This document shows positions 51,401-60,370 of a stretch of DNA of 64,000 nucleotides, in pieces; positions within the stretch are counted from its first letter, which is position 1, and each line of letters opens with the position of its first letter. The stretch is from a virus (Duplodnaviria; Caudoviricetes): positions 1,191-65,190 of IMG/VR virus record IMGVR_UViG_2711768077_000003; one strand, given 5' to 3'. Made by a program: the position numbers and the translations under genes. A model generated the notes under the pieces. That model searched no databases, was not told the origin of the DNA, and saw nothing but the letters and a program-made list of their open reading frames with translations.

Positions 51401-52422
51401 GACGGCGTACCGCCATAGACCGGGCGATCCTGGTCGTCCCCGCTGACGAGGAAGGCGTCGGCGCGGCTGACGCCGTTCACCGACCAGCTGGAGGGCGTGG
51501 TCGACTTGGCCGAGACCTCGACGCCCGGCCGGACCTTGCAGGAGCCCGCGCGCAGGTCGTCACCGAACCACGCCACCACGAGGCTGACGCTCTCGACCGC
51601 AGGCGCCATGGCCTGCAGCCGGTCCAGCGCCTCCACCATGTCGGTGGAGTCGGCCAGCGCGTTCAGGTTTTCCGGCACCGTCGTGCCGCCATCGGTCTTG
51701 CGGATCGCCTGCGTCGCATAGGTGAACTCGCCCGAGGCCGGGATCATGGTGACGGCGCGGGTCAGCCCTTCGGCGGTGTCGGGATCGGCGAGCGGGCGAA
51801 ACACCTCGAAGCTGATCTGCGGCAGACGATTGCCGAAGGCGCTGAGGTCGAGTTCTTCAAACACCACATAAGCCGTGCCGCGATAAGCGGGCGTGTTGGC
51901 CGCGCCCATCTTCGCGGCGATGAACGGATCGGCCGTCTGCCCCTCGTCGCCCGGATACCAACGCCAAGTGACGCCGGAGAGGTCCATCGGCTTGCCGTCG
52001 GCCCAGATGCGCCCGATCCCGCTGATCGGTCCCTCGCAAAGCGCCACGGCGAAAGAGGCGTAGTACAGATACTCGGTCGTCTTGACCTTGCCGCCCCCGC
52101 CGCCCTTGCCACCGCCCTGCGTGGTGGTCTTCGTCTCTTCGCGAAAATCGGTCGCCCAGATGATGTTGCCACCCATCCGCATGCGACCGTAGAGCCGCGG
52201 GATCACCGCGCCCTCGGTGGCCGAGGTGATACGCAGCGTGTTGAGCCGCGCGCCCTCGATGCGCTGGGTGGGCGCCAGCGACGAGATGATCCAGCTGTCG
52301 ACCACCGAGCCGATGCTGGAGCCGATGAAGCCGCCGATGGTGGCGGCGCTGACGCCGAGGATCGCGCCGCCGATCGAACCGCCAATGGCGGCGCCGGCCG
52401 CGCCGAGGACAAGCGTTGCCAT
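48457..52422 (-). CDS. GTA-type baseplate 'megatron' (RcGTA g15-like host-specificity protein)
   Basis: IPRLYGRMR, AYRGTAYVVFE..L..FGNRLPQ, YAADWSEY, IDNYMPLSDWRDG, NWRLGHWLTGR. Confidence 0.92.
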   Translation of the reverse strand: MATLVLGAAGAAIGGSIGGAILGVSAATIGGFIGSSIGSVVDSWIISSLAPTQRIEGARLNTLRITSATEGAVIPRLYGRMRMGGNIIWATDFREETKTTTQGGGKGGGGGKVKTTEYLYYASFAVALCEGPISGIGRIWADGKPMDLSGVTWRWYPGDEGQTADPFIAAKMGAANTPAYRGTAYVVFEELDLSAFGNRLPQISFEVFRPLADPDTAEGLTRAVTMIPASGEFTYATQAIRKTDGGTTVPENLNALADSTDMVEALDRLQAMAPAVESVSLVVAWFGDDLRAGSCKVRPGVEVSAKSTTPSSWSVNGVSRADAFLVSGDDQDRPVYGGTPSDFAVVQAIQEMKARGLRVTFYPFILMDVPLGNTLPNPYSDNAAETGQPAFPWRGRITCSPAAGFAGTVDKTATAATQVAALLGAATPASFSISGESVSWTGTPGDWGLRRMVLHYAHLCAAAGGVDVFLIGTEMPGLTTIRSGASTYPAVQAYRDLLADVRSILGAGTRIGYAADWSEYFGHQPGDGSGDVFFHLDPLWADPEIDFVGIDNYMPLSDWRDGFEHADAAEGWPAIYDRAYLQANIAGGEGFDWFYASAADRSAQVRTPITDGAAAKPWVFRYKDLRAWWSNAHYNRPGGVESGAPTAWAPQSKPIWFTELGCPAIDRGTNQPNVFFDPKSSESFTPHFSRGWRDDAIQRAYLEATYLWWGDAANNPLSSVYGGRMVHVPECAAWTWDARPYPFFPALTDVWTDGANWRLGHWLTGRLGAVSLAALVRHLCLRAGLPESRIDVTGLWGAVEGYAITALESPRASITTLSRHFGFDAVETEGVIRFVMRGRASVATLSPDDLVAPREGDVLELTRGQETELPQALKWQVARADEDYDAALVEARRITVDTTRIASESFPMAVPPEEAERRCRRALMEAWVGRETAAFRLPPSRLALDPADAIRLAHDGRLVDLRLVSIADAEARGIEAVRQDRATYDLPPGDPRAASLTRAVVFGAPEAVLMDLPQLTEDQPAHRPFAAAHAMPWPGEMAVFRSPSTDGFELLTTFGSRARIGTLVSDFYPGPTSRFDLGNALVVDLLTGTLESVTDLTLFGGANALAVESATGQWEIVQAGAAELLAPGRYRLTRLLRGQRGTEGAMGNPAPAGARVVILDTALASLPIAEADLGIPWNWRIGPASRPVSDETYVAQAFTPEGVGLRPFSVAHVEQPWRTPRSPGDLTIRWTRRSRALAADSWGGLEVPLTEELEAYEIEIFDGATVKRVLSTATTSAVYTVAQQTADWGGPLDPGDTLDIRIFQLSALVGRGAPKTVTLTL

Positions 52423-52431
52423 GTCGAGGTC

Positions 52432-52866
52432 TCAGCGTTGCGGGAACAGGAAAGCGAAGGCGATGCGCCGCCGCCAGCTTTGAGTGAGCGGTTCCTCGAT
52501 CACGCCAAGGCGCTCGTAGGCATGGAGGAAGGTGGCGGGGCCGGTCAGGATCCCGACATGCTTGGCGATGGCGCGCGGCTGCATGCGGAAAAGGACCAGC
52601 CCGCCGGGACTAGCAGCTGCCGTTTCCACCTCGATCATCATGCGCCGCGCGCCCTCGGCCAGAACCTCGCGCGGCCAGGTCTCGCCCCAGTCCCGGCTGT
52701 AGGGCGGGATCGGGAACGGCTCGGGGCCGACGACCTCGCGCCAGACGCCCCGCGCGAGGCCGAGGCAGTCGCAGCCGACGCCCCGAAGGCTCGCCTGGTC
52801 GTGGTAGGGCGTGCCGAGCCAGGACTGCGCGATGGCGATGACGCGTGCGGGATCGGCGGAGGTCAC
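52432..52866 (-). CDS. NlpC/P60 phage tail peptidase (RcGTA g14-like)
   Basis: WLGTPYHDQAS..GVGCDCLGL, KHVGI, FLHAY. Confidence 0.9.
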   Translation of the reverse strand: MTSADPARVIAIAQSWLGTPYHDQASLRGVGCDCLGLARGVWREVVGPEPFPIPPYSRDWGETWPREVLAEGARRMMIEVETAAASPGGLVLFRMQPRAIAKHVGILTGPATFLHAYERLGVIEEPLTQSWRRRIAFAFLFPQR

Positions 52867-53747
52867 AGCACAGACCCCTCGTGCCCGCCGTCCTTCGTGG
52901 CGTAGCGGAGAATCGCGTCCTGGCCGGGGATGTGCGGGAAACCGCGGAAGTTCGCTGTGTTCGCGAACTTCGCGCCGCAGGTCTCGATCCGCTTGTCGCA
53001 GCCCGCGCGGATCGTGAAGGCATCGCCCCCGGCGATGGTGCGCACCGGGGCTTCGAGCAGGGTCAGCACAGCGATACCGTAGGTGACGTCATGGCCGAGC
53101 ACCTCGGTGCGCCGCCCCGCATTCGCGCCGCTCGTCCATTCGAGCGTGCCGAAGGTGAACCAGCCGGATATGAACCCACCGAGGCCCGAAGCGGTGAAGG
53201 CCCGGTCCCGCAGGAGATCGATGACGGTGCCCGTGCCCTTGAACGCCGGATCATCGAGATCGACGCCGCAGCGCGCATCGCCGGGCGCGGCATCGCAGGT
53301 CGCCTGGAAGGTCCGCCCGACCGTCTGGCCAAGGACATGGGCGAGCGAGCGGACCTCGGAGACGAAGGCAAGCCGCCCGCGCCGGATCTGGCCGATGGCC
53401 CCGCGCCGCATCAGCACGCGTTGCGACGTGTCAGCCCAATTTACCCGCCAGACTTCGACCTCGGCGTTGTCCCAGCGGCCGTCGAGAATGTCGGTCTCGG
53501 TGATCCGATCCGAGGTCAGCACACCCTCGGCATCCTGCGCATCGACGGACAGGTCCGAGCCCGAGCGCACCTCGGACGCCGTCAGCCCGCTCTCGGGCTC
53601 GAAATCGAGGCTGTCGAAGCTGAGCGTCCGGTCGTGATCGGTGAAGCCGAAACTCGTGCCGTCGGCGCGCGCGATCCGCCAGCACCAGGCGAGCGTCGTC
53701 GTGCCATCTTCGAGATGGGCCTGCAGGTCGGGATCAAGGGTCTTCAT
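52863..53747 (-). CDS. DUF2163 baseplate hub protein (RcGTA g13-like)
   Basis: GFTDHDR, TCDA..GD.RC, AGCDK..ETC..KFAN..NFRGFPHIPG. Confidence 0.92.
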   Translation of the reverse strand: MKTLDPDLQAHLEDGTTTLAWCWRIARADGTSFGFTDHDRTLSFDSLDFEPESGLTASEVRSGSDLSVDAQDAEGVLTSDRITETDILDGRWDNAEVEVWRVNWADTSQRVLMRRGAIGQIRRGRLAFVSEVRSLAHVLGQTVGRTFQATCDAAPGDARCGVDLDDPAFKGTGTVIDLLRDRAFTASGLGGFISGWFTFGTLEWTSGANAGRRTEVLGHDVTYGIAVLTLLEAPVRTIAGGDAFTIRAGCDKRIETCGAKFANTANFRGFPHIPGQDAILRYATKDGGHEGSVL

Positions 53748-54370
53748 CGGCGCAGTTCCAGAAGCGGAATGGAGGTGATCGAGCCGAGCCGCTCGAGGTC
53801 GAGTGTCACGTCGAGCACGTCGGTGTCGAAGCGGACTGGCACGTCGAAGGCGAAGCCCGCGGTGACGGCGACGCCCTCAGCGGGCGCGCTGTCGAAGGTC
53901 ACGACGCCGGTGGTCGTGTCGACGGACCAGCCGCCGAGCTGTTCCGCGCCATCGAGCGCGATGACGACCGTGCCGGCGACCGGCTTGGTGATCGTCCGCA
54001 CCCACACTTGGCTTCCCGAAGCGTAGTGCTTCACCAGTTGGAAGGCGGTTGTGGCGCCGTCGCCAGTGCCGATCGCCTGGTCTGTCGGCGATGGCGTTCC
54101 CGATGGCGGGCAGGACTTGTGGTCACCCCAGTCCTTGAACCGGAAGCCGTGCAGGCGCCCGTTTCGCGCCTCGAAGAAGGCCACCACATTCGCCAGATCG
54201 TCGGCTCGGCGGATGCCGTAGGCGACATCGTAGCGGCGTCGCGAGTTGGCCCAGCTGGCGTTGCGTTCCTCGTCTCCGCTGGCCAGTTCGACGATCTGCG
54301 TGCGCCGTTCCGGCCCGCCCCGCGCGCCGCGACTGATGTTGTCCGGAAACCGGACCTCGTGGAACGCCAT
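53744..54370 (-). CDS. DUF2460 distal tail protein (RcGTA g12-like)
   Basis: FHEVRFP, GGPERRT, FFEARNGRLHGFRFKDW, FDVPVRFD. Confidence 0.92.
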   Translation of the reverse strand: MAFHEVRFPDNISRGARGGPERRTQIVELASGDEERNASWANSRRRYDVAYGIRRADDLANVVAFFEARNGRLHGFRFKDWGDHKSCPPSGTPSPTDQAIGTGDGATTAFQLVKHYASGSQVWVRTITKPVAGTVVIALDGAEQLGGWSVDTTTGVVTFDSAPAEGVAVTAGFAFDVPVRFDTDVLDVTLDLERLGSITSIPLLELRR

Positions 54371-56799
54371 CACATGCCCCTCCGCCCGAGCGAGACCGCG
54401 CGGGCGATGTCGGCCGCGACCTGCGTGCGCGATTGCCGGAAGCTCTCGGCGTCGCGGGCCATGATCGTGATGTTGAGCCCGCCGCCCGCGCCGTAACTCT
54501 GCGCCTCGCGACGCGACAGGACCCGTTCACCGCGTTGCAGGATCGCGGGCACCTCGTCGTGGCGGAGGCCAGCCATGCCGCCGGAATGCATCCGCGGGGC
54601 GGCGGCGAAGGCCATGGCCGGGACCATGCGCGAGGGCCCCGCGGATCCCACCATACCGCCCGCATGCAGGACGTTGGCGAATAGGCCACCCGCGCCGGCG
54701 AAAACGCCGGATAGCGCATTTGCAATCGGGCCCAGGATGAACCGGCGCGCGGCCAGCTTGGCGAGGTCGGCGATGAGAGAGGTGACGAGGTCGCGGAAGT
54801 TCAGCTTGCCGGTCTTCACGAACTCGCCGACCGCGTTCTCGGCCGACTGGAACGCGCTGACGAGGCTCTGGCCGATATCGCCACCGATCTCGCGGGCCTT
54901 GCTGGCGTAGTCCGACAGCGCGGCCGAAACCGCCTGCCAGCCGGTGACGGCTGCCTCGCTCGCGGGCTCTGCCGCAGCGGCGGCAGCTCCGGCCGCCGCA
55001 CCGGCGCCTGTCGCGGCGCGTCCGGCATCGCCGAGCGCCGTCTCCAGCCGCTCGGCAGCGCCGGTGGCCTCGGTCAGCGCATCGGCTCCGTCCTCATCGG
55101 TGCCGCGCATGGCATCCCGCAGTGCCTGCCAGCTTTCGAGCGGCGCACGGGCCCCTTCGGCCAGATCGCGCGCGGCGCCGCGATAGAGGTTCGCGGACTC
55201 GAGCGCGCGGTTCGCCGCCTCGGTCAGGCCGAGATCGGGCGCAGTGAGCGGGTTGTCCTCGAAGGCCCGGTCGAATGCTGCCTGCGCCGCTGTCGTGGCG
55301 GCACTTGCTGCACCCTCGAAGCGGTTCTCGATCTCGCCAAGGTCGAGATCGGGCACCAGCGAGATGCGCCTCTCGGAGCCGAGAGCTTCGAGTCCCTGGT
55401 TGATGCCGCCGATGAAGCCGTTGATGCGCGAGACCACGCCGTTCAGCATCGCCTCGACGCCGTCGACCAGGCTGTTGGCCGCCTGGAACGCGAGATCGCC
55501 GATGGCGGCGGGCAGCAGGCCCCAGATCGCCTTGATCGCCTCGTAGGCCCCCTCGAACGTGTTCGCCGCCGTGTTGCCGAAACCCACGACGCTCTCGATG
55601 GCGCTCTGCATGCCCGACGCGGCGTCGGCCTTCAGGTCGAAGAACATCGCCGTGGCGGCCGCGCCCGCCGCAGCCGCGCCCATCCTGATCCGCTCCCAGA
55701 CCTCGACCGCCAGGTCCTTCAGGAGCGACATCGCCTCGCCAAAGCCGCCCGCGCCGGACACGAGCCGGGTGAACTGGTAGACGAGCTCGCCCGCGCCAAC
55801 GATCAGCGCCCCGATGCCGGTGCGGATCAGCGCGCCGCGCAAAACGACCAGCGCCGTGGCGAGACCGCGCACAGACAGTGCAGCAGCGGCCATGCCAGCC
55901 ACCCACCGTCCCGCGAGGAAGGCCGCGAAGGATGAGCCGAAGGCGAATGCATAGGTCGTTAGGCGGCCAATGTTATCGAAGAGGCCGCGGATCGCGACGC
56001 CGAGTGGGCCGGTGCGGCTGGCGACCGCAGCCATGGCGTTGGCGACGGCTTCCAGCGCGGGGGCCGCGGCGACCGCGAGCTGGTTCGACAGCCCGCGCCA
56101 GATCAGCCCGAGCCGGGAGATCGCATCGTTAGTGCGCTCGATCTGGTCGGCATCCTGCTCGGAGACGACGACACCGAAGGCGAGGACATCCTCCGTCGCC
56201 TGGCGCAGCGTTGCCGTGTCGATCCGGCTCATGGCGATGGAGCCTTCCTCGCCGAACAACTGCCCCGCCACGGCGGCGCGTTCTGCGGCGGGCACGAAGC
56301 TCTCGATCGCCGCGTTGATGGCGCCGACCCGCTGGTCCAGCGGCAGGGCGATCAGCTCGTTGGCCGAGAGCCCGAGCCGGTCCAGCGCGTCGGCGGCGGG
56401 ACCGCTCCCGGCGGCCGCCTGGCTGAGACGGCGCGTCAGATCCTTGGTAGCCTGCTCGATGCCGGACATCGACACGCCCGCTAGCTCGCCCGCCCGCTCC
56501 AGCGTCTGGATCGAGGCGACCGTGGTGCCGAGCGACTGCGCGAGCTTCGCCTGCGCGTCGACGGTCTGCAGGCCAGAGCGGATCATCGCCACGCCAGCGG
56601 CGGCTGCGGCGGCCACGGCGGCGGCCGCCGCGACCCGGACTCGCCGTGAAAAGGCCGCGAGCCGTGCGTTCGCCGCCTCCATCTCCCGGCTCAGCCGTCC
56701 AAAACCGCGCGACCCGGCCTCGCCGACACCTTCCAGCTCGGCGCGCACCTGCCGTCCGCCCACGGCCGCGAGGCGGACGCTGACCCTCTTCTCAGCCAT
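54370..56799 (-). CDS. Phage tail tape measure protein
   Basis: Ala-rich helical 809 aa; C-terminal DEVPAILQRGERVL; expected position in the module. Confidence 0.9.
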   Translation of the reverse strand: MAEKRVSVRLAAVGGRQVRAELEGVGEAGSRGFGRLSREMEAANARLAAFSRRVRVAAAAAVAAAAAAGVAMIRSGLQTVDAQAKLAQSLGTTVASIQTLERAGELAGVSMSGIEQATKDLTRRLSQAAAGSGPAADALDRLGLSANELIALPLDQRVGAINAAIESFVPAAERAAVAGQLFGEEGSIAMSRIDTATLRQATEDVLAFGVVVSEQDADQIERTNDAISRLGLIWRGLSNQLAVAAAPALEAVANAMAAVASRTGPLGVAIRGLFDNIGRLTTYAFAFGSSFAAFLAGRWVAGMAAAALSVRGLATALVVLRGALIRTGIGALIVGAGELVYQFTRLVSGAGGFGEAMSLLKDLAVEVWERIRMGAAAAGAAATAMFFDLKADAASGMQSAIESVVGFGNTAANTFEGAYEAIKAIWGLLPAAIGDLAFQAANSLVDGVEAMLNGVVSRINGFIGGINQGLEALGSERRISLVPDLDLGEIENRFEGAASAATTAAQAAFDRAFEDNPLTAPDLGLTEAANRALESANLYRGAARDLAEGARAPLESWQALRDAMRGTDEDGADALTEATGAAERLETALGDAGRAATGAGAAAGAAAAAAEPASEAAVTGWQAVSAALSDYASKAREIGGDIGQSLVSAFQSAENAVGEFVKTGKLNFRDLVTSLIADLAKLAARRFILGPIANALSGVFAGAGGLFANVLHAGGMVGSAGPSRMVPAMAFAAAPRMHSGGMAGLRHDEVPAILQRGERVLSRREAQSYGAGGGLNITIMARDAESFRQSRTQVAADIARAVSLGRRGM

Positions 56800-57136
56800 G
56801 GGAGTGATCCATCTGTTCGTTGAGTTTTGCGACCATCACCGCCTCGATGACCGGCAGCAGTTCGGCCATGGCGAGCGGCGACACGCCGAGCGCGTCACCG
56901 AGCGCGAGCGCCGCCGACATGTCCCAGCCGATCACCGCGCCGGGCAGCACCCGGAGCTGACCTCCGAGGCGGCCGACCAAATCCCAGACCTGCCAACCTT
57001 CCGGAGTTTCCGGACGGTTCAGCCGCGCCGGGCAGTCCGGGCAGGTTTGCTCGCGGTCCTCGCAGGGTGCGCAGGCTTCGCAGTAGCGCTCGCCCCCGCC
57101 GAAGGACCATTCGGCGAGAGCGCGGAGGCGTTTTTT
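56792..57136 (-). CDS. Tail assembly chaperone, -1 frameshift extension (gpGT-like C-terminal part)
   Basis: Open -1 frame from the slippery site: KRLRALAEWSFGGGERYCEAC...CPDCPARLNRP...WQVWDLVGRLGGQLR...MDHSHG. Confidence 0.75.
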   Translation of the reverse strand, partial: KKRLRALAEWSFGGGERYCEACAPCEDREQTCPDCPARLNRPETPEGWQVWDLVGRLGGQLRVLPGAVIGWDMSAALALGDALGVSPLAMAELLPVIEAVMVAKLNEQMDHSHG

Positions 57137-57474
57137 TCCTGTTCCAGCAGCAGGCCTTTGGAGACGTAGGTCAGCTGGAAGGCCTCGAAGATCGGCCAGA
57201 CGTCGAGCAGCGCGTCGATAGTCTCGGGACTTGGATCGATGGGGTTGCCTTCGGCGTCGCCGATGCCCTCCCAGGCAAGCACGGCCCGTCGCGCCAGTGC
57301 TTTCGCGAAGGCGACGGCGCGCTCCTCGTCGGACGCCTCCTCGGGGAGGGCCTCCACGGCGGGATCGCTGCGCGTCGCCACCATCACCGCGGTGGTGAGC
57401 GGGCGCAGCTGCACCCGGACGCCGGGCGCGAGGTCATGCCAGCGCGGCGCGTTGGTCAGGTCGAGCGTCAGCAT
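57019..57474 (-). CDS. Tail assembly chaperone (gpG-like)
   Basis: MLTLDL...AWEGIGDAEG...EQEKN; lies between tail tube and tape measure genes. Confidence 0.8.
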   Translation of the reverse strand: MLTLDLTNAPRWHDLAPGVRVQLRPLTTAVMVATRSDPAVEALPEEASDEERAVAFAKALARRAVLAWEGIGDAEGNPIDPSPETIDALLDVWPIFEAFQLTYVSKGLLLEQEKNASALSPNGPSAGASATAKPAHPARTASKPARTARRG

Positions 57475-57476
57475 CG

Positions 57477-58433
57477 TCAGTACACCTCTATGTCGTTGAT
57501 CAGGGTTGCGGTGCACATCCGGCCGACGACGCTGTCCCGCGCGGCCTGCCAGTCGAAGGTGGCCTGCACCCCCTGCGGCCCGGAAATCTCGATCCGCGGG
57601 CGCGGCAGGTAGACGGCGTGCACGGTGAAGGCGAAGCTCTCGCCCGAGGGCAGCACATAGGCGAATTCCATCTCGCAGGCTTCGCCATTGATCGCCTGCG
57701 TCACCAACGTCTGGTCGGCGAAGCGCACCTCGATCCGGCCGGTCAGCGCGGCGATGGACGGGTCCGCCCCGTCGATACGGCCGTCGCTCCGGATGGTCTC
57801 GATCCGGTCGAGGTTGTTGGCATAGGTGATCTCGGCCGAGACCACGTTGCCGAGTGCGGTGCCGTTGCGGGTGATCGCCCCATTGAAATGGCCGAAACGC
57901 TTCAGCTCCAGCGCAGCGGGTGGTGAGGCGGGTTCGCCGAACGCGCTGGTGGTCGTGCCGACCGCCTCGCCCTGCGCCACCAGCCGCGCCGTGGCGGTCA
58001 GGAGCCCCGAGTGCTGCATCTGCCAGGTGATCTGGTCGAGCACGCAGCCGGAATACATCGCATAGCGCGGCACCTCGGGCATGCCGGTCTCGATCGACAG
58101 GCTGGGCAGAGTCCAGGACCCCGACTGGAACTCGTGGCTGTACGGAGCCACCGCGCCGGTCGTCGTGGGTGTGCCGAAGGCCGCCTTCAGCCAGAATCCG
58201 AAGGCCTCCGCGTCGAGCGGCACGACGACATCGCCGTCGGCCGTGACCGCGTCCTTGATCGGCGCCAGCGGATCGCGGCCGTAGCCCAAGAGCTCCGAGT
58301 TAAGCAGCGGCTGCTCCGCCCCCAGCGAGGTGCTGGCGAAGGGCATGCGGGTGAAGCCGCTGGCAGGCGGCGTTCCATAGGTCGTCTCGAACGCAAGCGC
58401 CATCAGCGCCCGCGCCCCCTGGGCTCGTGCCAT
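57477..58433 (-). CDS. Major tail tube protein
   Basis: MARAQGARA..ALAFETTYGT, LSIETGMPEVP, ISGPQGVQATFDWQA. Confidence 0.88.
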   Translation of the reverse strand: MARAQGARALMALAFETTYGTPPASGFTRMPFASTSLGAEQPLLNSELLGYGRDPLAPIKDAVTADGDVVVPLDAEAFGFWLKAAFGTPTTTGAVAPYSHEFQSGSWTLPSLSIETGMPEVPRYAMYSGCVLDQITWQMQHSGLLTATARLVAQGEAVGTTTSAFGEPASPPAALELKRFGHFNGAITRNGTALGNVVSAEITYANNLDRIETIRSDGRIDGADPSIAALTGRIEVRFADQTLVTQAINGEACEMEFAYVLPSGESFAFTVHAVYLPRPRIEISGPQGVQATFDWQAARDSVVGRMCTATLINDIEVY

Positions 58434-58458
58434 GGTGAAATTCCTTGGTGATCTCTAA

Positions 58459-58608
58459 CAGGCTGCTGAAAAAGAAAATGGACCTCGACGAACTGCATCA
58501 GCCGTCTCGAAGGGATGACAAGATATTGTGCGCAGGCGCTTCCAAAACCGATATGATGTGTCGTCGTAGGAGTCGAAGATGGGCACTCAAGGCTTTTTCA
58601 GCAGCCTG
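58459..58608. mobile_element. 150-bp MITE (IS5-like ends)
   Basis: Perfect 16-bp IRs caggctgctgaaaaag / ctttttcagcagcctg flanked by ctaa on both sides. Confidence 0.85.
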
Positions 58609-58698
58609 CTAAAAGGAAACCGCCACTGCCTGGTGCGGTTGTGGTTCGAAGGCAGCCAGTGACTGCCGACCTCAAGATGAAGTCCTGATGAGCCCGAG

Positions 58699-59010
58699 AT
58701 GGTTGATGAAAAAGCCCGACTGCATCGTCAGTTCGAAGCGGTTGCCCGGCGAGTGCCAGCGACACGCCGAGTCATTGATCCACTCTTGCACGGACGCCTA
58801 CAAAAGCTTCGGTTCCCGATCGCCAGCGCCCTCATCATTGGCAGTTTTTTGTCCATACTTCCGATCTTCGGCCTCTGGATGCTGCCGCTCGGCCTTCTGC
58901 TGCTGGCCGTGGATGTTCCACGCCTCCAGCCAACTATCTCCCGCGTGCTGATATGCGCACGCCGGCGTGGGAAAGTGTGGCGACATCGCGGTTCGTCGAA
59001 GCGACGGTGA
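58699..59010 (+). CDS. Small membrane protein (moron)
   Basis: Hydrophobic hairpin IASALIIGSFLSILPIFGLWMLPLGLLLLAVDVP with a basic tail; opposite strand to the phage genes. Confidence 0.65.
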   Translation: MVDEKARLHRQFEAVARRVPATRRVIDPLLHGRLQKLRFPIASALIIGSFLSILPIFGLWMLPLGLLLLAVDVPRLQPTISRVLICARRRGKVWRHRGSSKRR

Positions 59011-59021
59011 GTGCTGCTTCG

Positions 59022-59441
59022 TCAGCGTAGCGGATCAGCTAAAACATAATGCAGCACCACCGGGATCATCGCGGCCTTGAGGCTGGCCGCTCCCTCGACA
59101 GGCAAATCGACCGACCGCGGCGCTTCGGCCTCAACCCAATCGCAGAGACCGCCAAGTGTACGGTCAGCGGCAATGGCCGCGCCGATGCTGGCGGTCAGGG
59201 TATCGAAAGCTTCGTCACGGGCGGTGCCCTGCACGACTGCTTCAATCTCGACGTGGTGCTGGTAGTGGTAACGCAGAGGCGAGAGCGTCACCTCGGGCTC
59301 GCCTGGTTCGCCGTCGCGCAGGATCAGCAGGCCCTCGGCCGGTACGCGCTCAGGCAGCACGTCGCCGCGGAGCGCGGTGGAGGGCAGAGCCGAGAGCCGC
59401 GCGTAGAGCGCGGTGAGGATGGTTTCGCGAAGGGTGGGCAT
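59022..59441 (-). CDS. Tail terminator/completion-like protein
   Basis: MPTLRETILTAL, LRDGEPGEP, DRTLGGLCDW; immediately upstream of the tail tube gene. Confidence 0.75.
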   Translation of the reverse strand: MPTLRETILTALYARLSALPSTALRGDVLPERVPAEGLLILRDGEPGEPEVTLSPLRYHYQHHVEIEAVVQGTARDEAFDTLTASIGAAIAADRTLGGLCDWVEAEAPRSVDLPVEGAASLKAAMIPVVLHYVLADPLR

Positions 59442-59810
59442 GGTTTCACTGTATTGTGCAGGTGCAGAAAAGGTCCGCTTCGAGCCCTATTCTGCCACTT
59501 TACAGGCCGCGGCGAACGTCAGCTTTCGTAAGCCGGCGGACGGCAACCCGTCTCTGCGTCACTGAGCTCCTTCTGTGGCTTCCACGCGGCCTGATCCGCG
59601 GAGCGCAGTAGCGACGCTATCATGTCTGCGGGAACATCGGCTCTGGTGCTGAGTTGACCTTGGAACATGAAGTTGGAGCGTCTTATGTTTCGCCGGCTCG
59701 ACGTCTTTTCGGTAGTCCCACACGCGACGCGCATTGCTCGAGAATTCTAATCCGGTCGAAGCACAAGCTGGCTGATAAGCTAATCCGTTTTACCAGAGAT
59801 GGAGCCCGTA

Positions 59811-60359
59811 ATGTCGAAAATGTCGAACACGAAAAAAACGACTCTCGCAGCCGGTTTGTTGCTTTCGGGGCTATCTTCCCCAATACAAGCACAGGATACT
59901 GCTCAGGACGAGTCTTCAGCGCAGTCAACCGTCCCGGTGGTGGTTTATGAATTCGCCGCCACGGAAGTCGGAGCGGAGCCAAATCTCGTCGCGGCAATGC
60001 TCAACATGGCCGAAGAACCTCAACTATCTCGCCTTGAGGTAACCGATGTATCCGCGGATACCAGTGGTCTTGAAGGTGCGCTTGTATTTGAAGGGCTCGA
60101 GTCCTTTTCGCTTTGGCGCGAAGACGGCATGCAGAGTTTCTTCGAGCAGCTCGGCGGAGTGGGCTCCTTGGACACTACGCTGCGCATCTTTCGTCCCAAT
60201 TTAATGGCAAAAGGCTACTTGGACGGAACCGGCAACGCTCTCGAAGAGGTTTCCGTCAACTATCGCAATTCAGGCAACGATTCGGCCGGTGACGCCGACA
60301 TTGATGCGGTCACTGTAGTCTGTCCCGGCGACCATGCCGACTGTAAACCAAGCAACTGA
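59811..60359 (+). CDS. Secreted acidic hypothetical protein (moron)
   Basis: Sec-type signal (KKTTLAAGLLLSGLSSPIQA|Q); ends SGN...DIDA.T...DCKPSN; start approximate. Confidence 0.75.
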   Translation: MSKMSNTKKTTLAAGLLLSGLSSPIQAQDTAQDESSAQSTVPVVVYEFAATEVGAEPNLVAAMLNMAEEPQLSRLEVTDVSADTSGLEGALVFEGLESFSLWREDGMQSFFEQLGGVGSLDTTLRIFRPNLMAKGYLDGTGNALEEVSVNYRNSGNDSAGDADIDAVTVVCPGDHADCKPSN

Positions 60360-60370
60360 CCGAGGTAGTC

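Noticed and set aside
49561-52905. 1114-aa plus-strand ORF and other long antisense ORFs (e.g. 13297-15024, 6931-8481, 19174-20361)
   Set aside because: Shadow ORFs of high-GC genes on the opposite strand; Arg/Gly/His-rich with no motifs.
55926-55950. Possible short in-frame insertion in the tape measure gene (FAFGSS); similar FGEPAS in the tail tube at 57921-57945
   Set aside because: These look out of place but cannot be shown to be insertions without homolog alignments.
59519-59734. Short minus-strand ORF upstream of the secreted pair
   Set aside because: No RBS or motif support; probably promoter or intergenic DNA.
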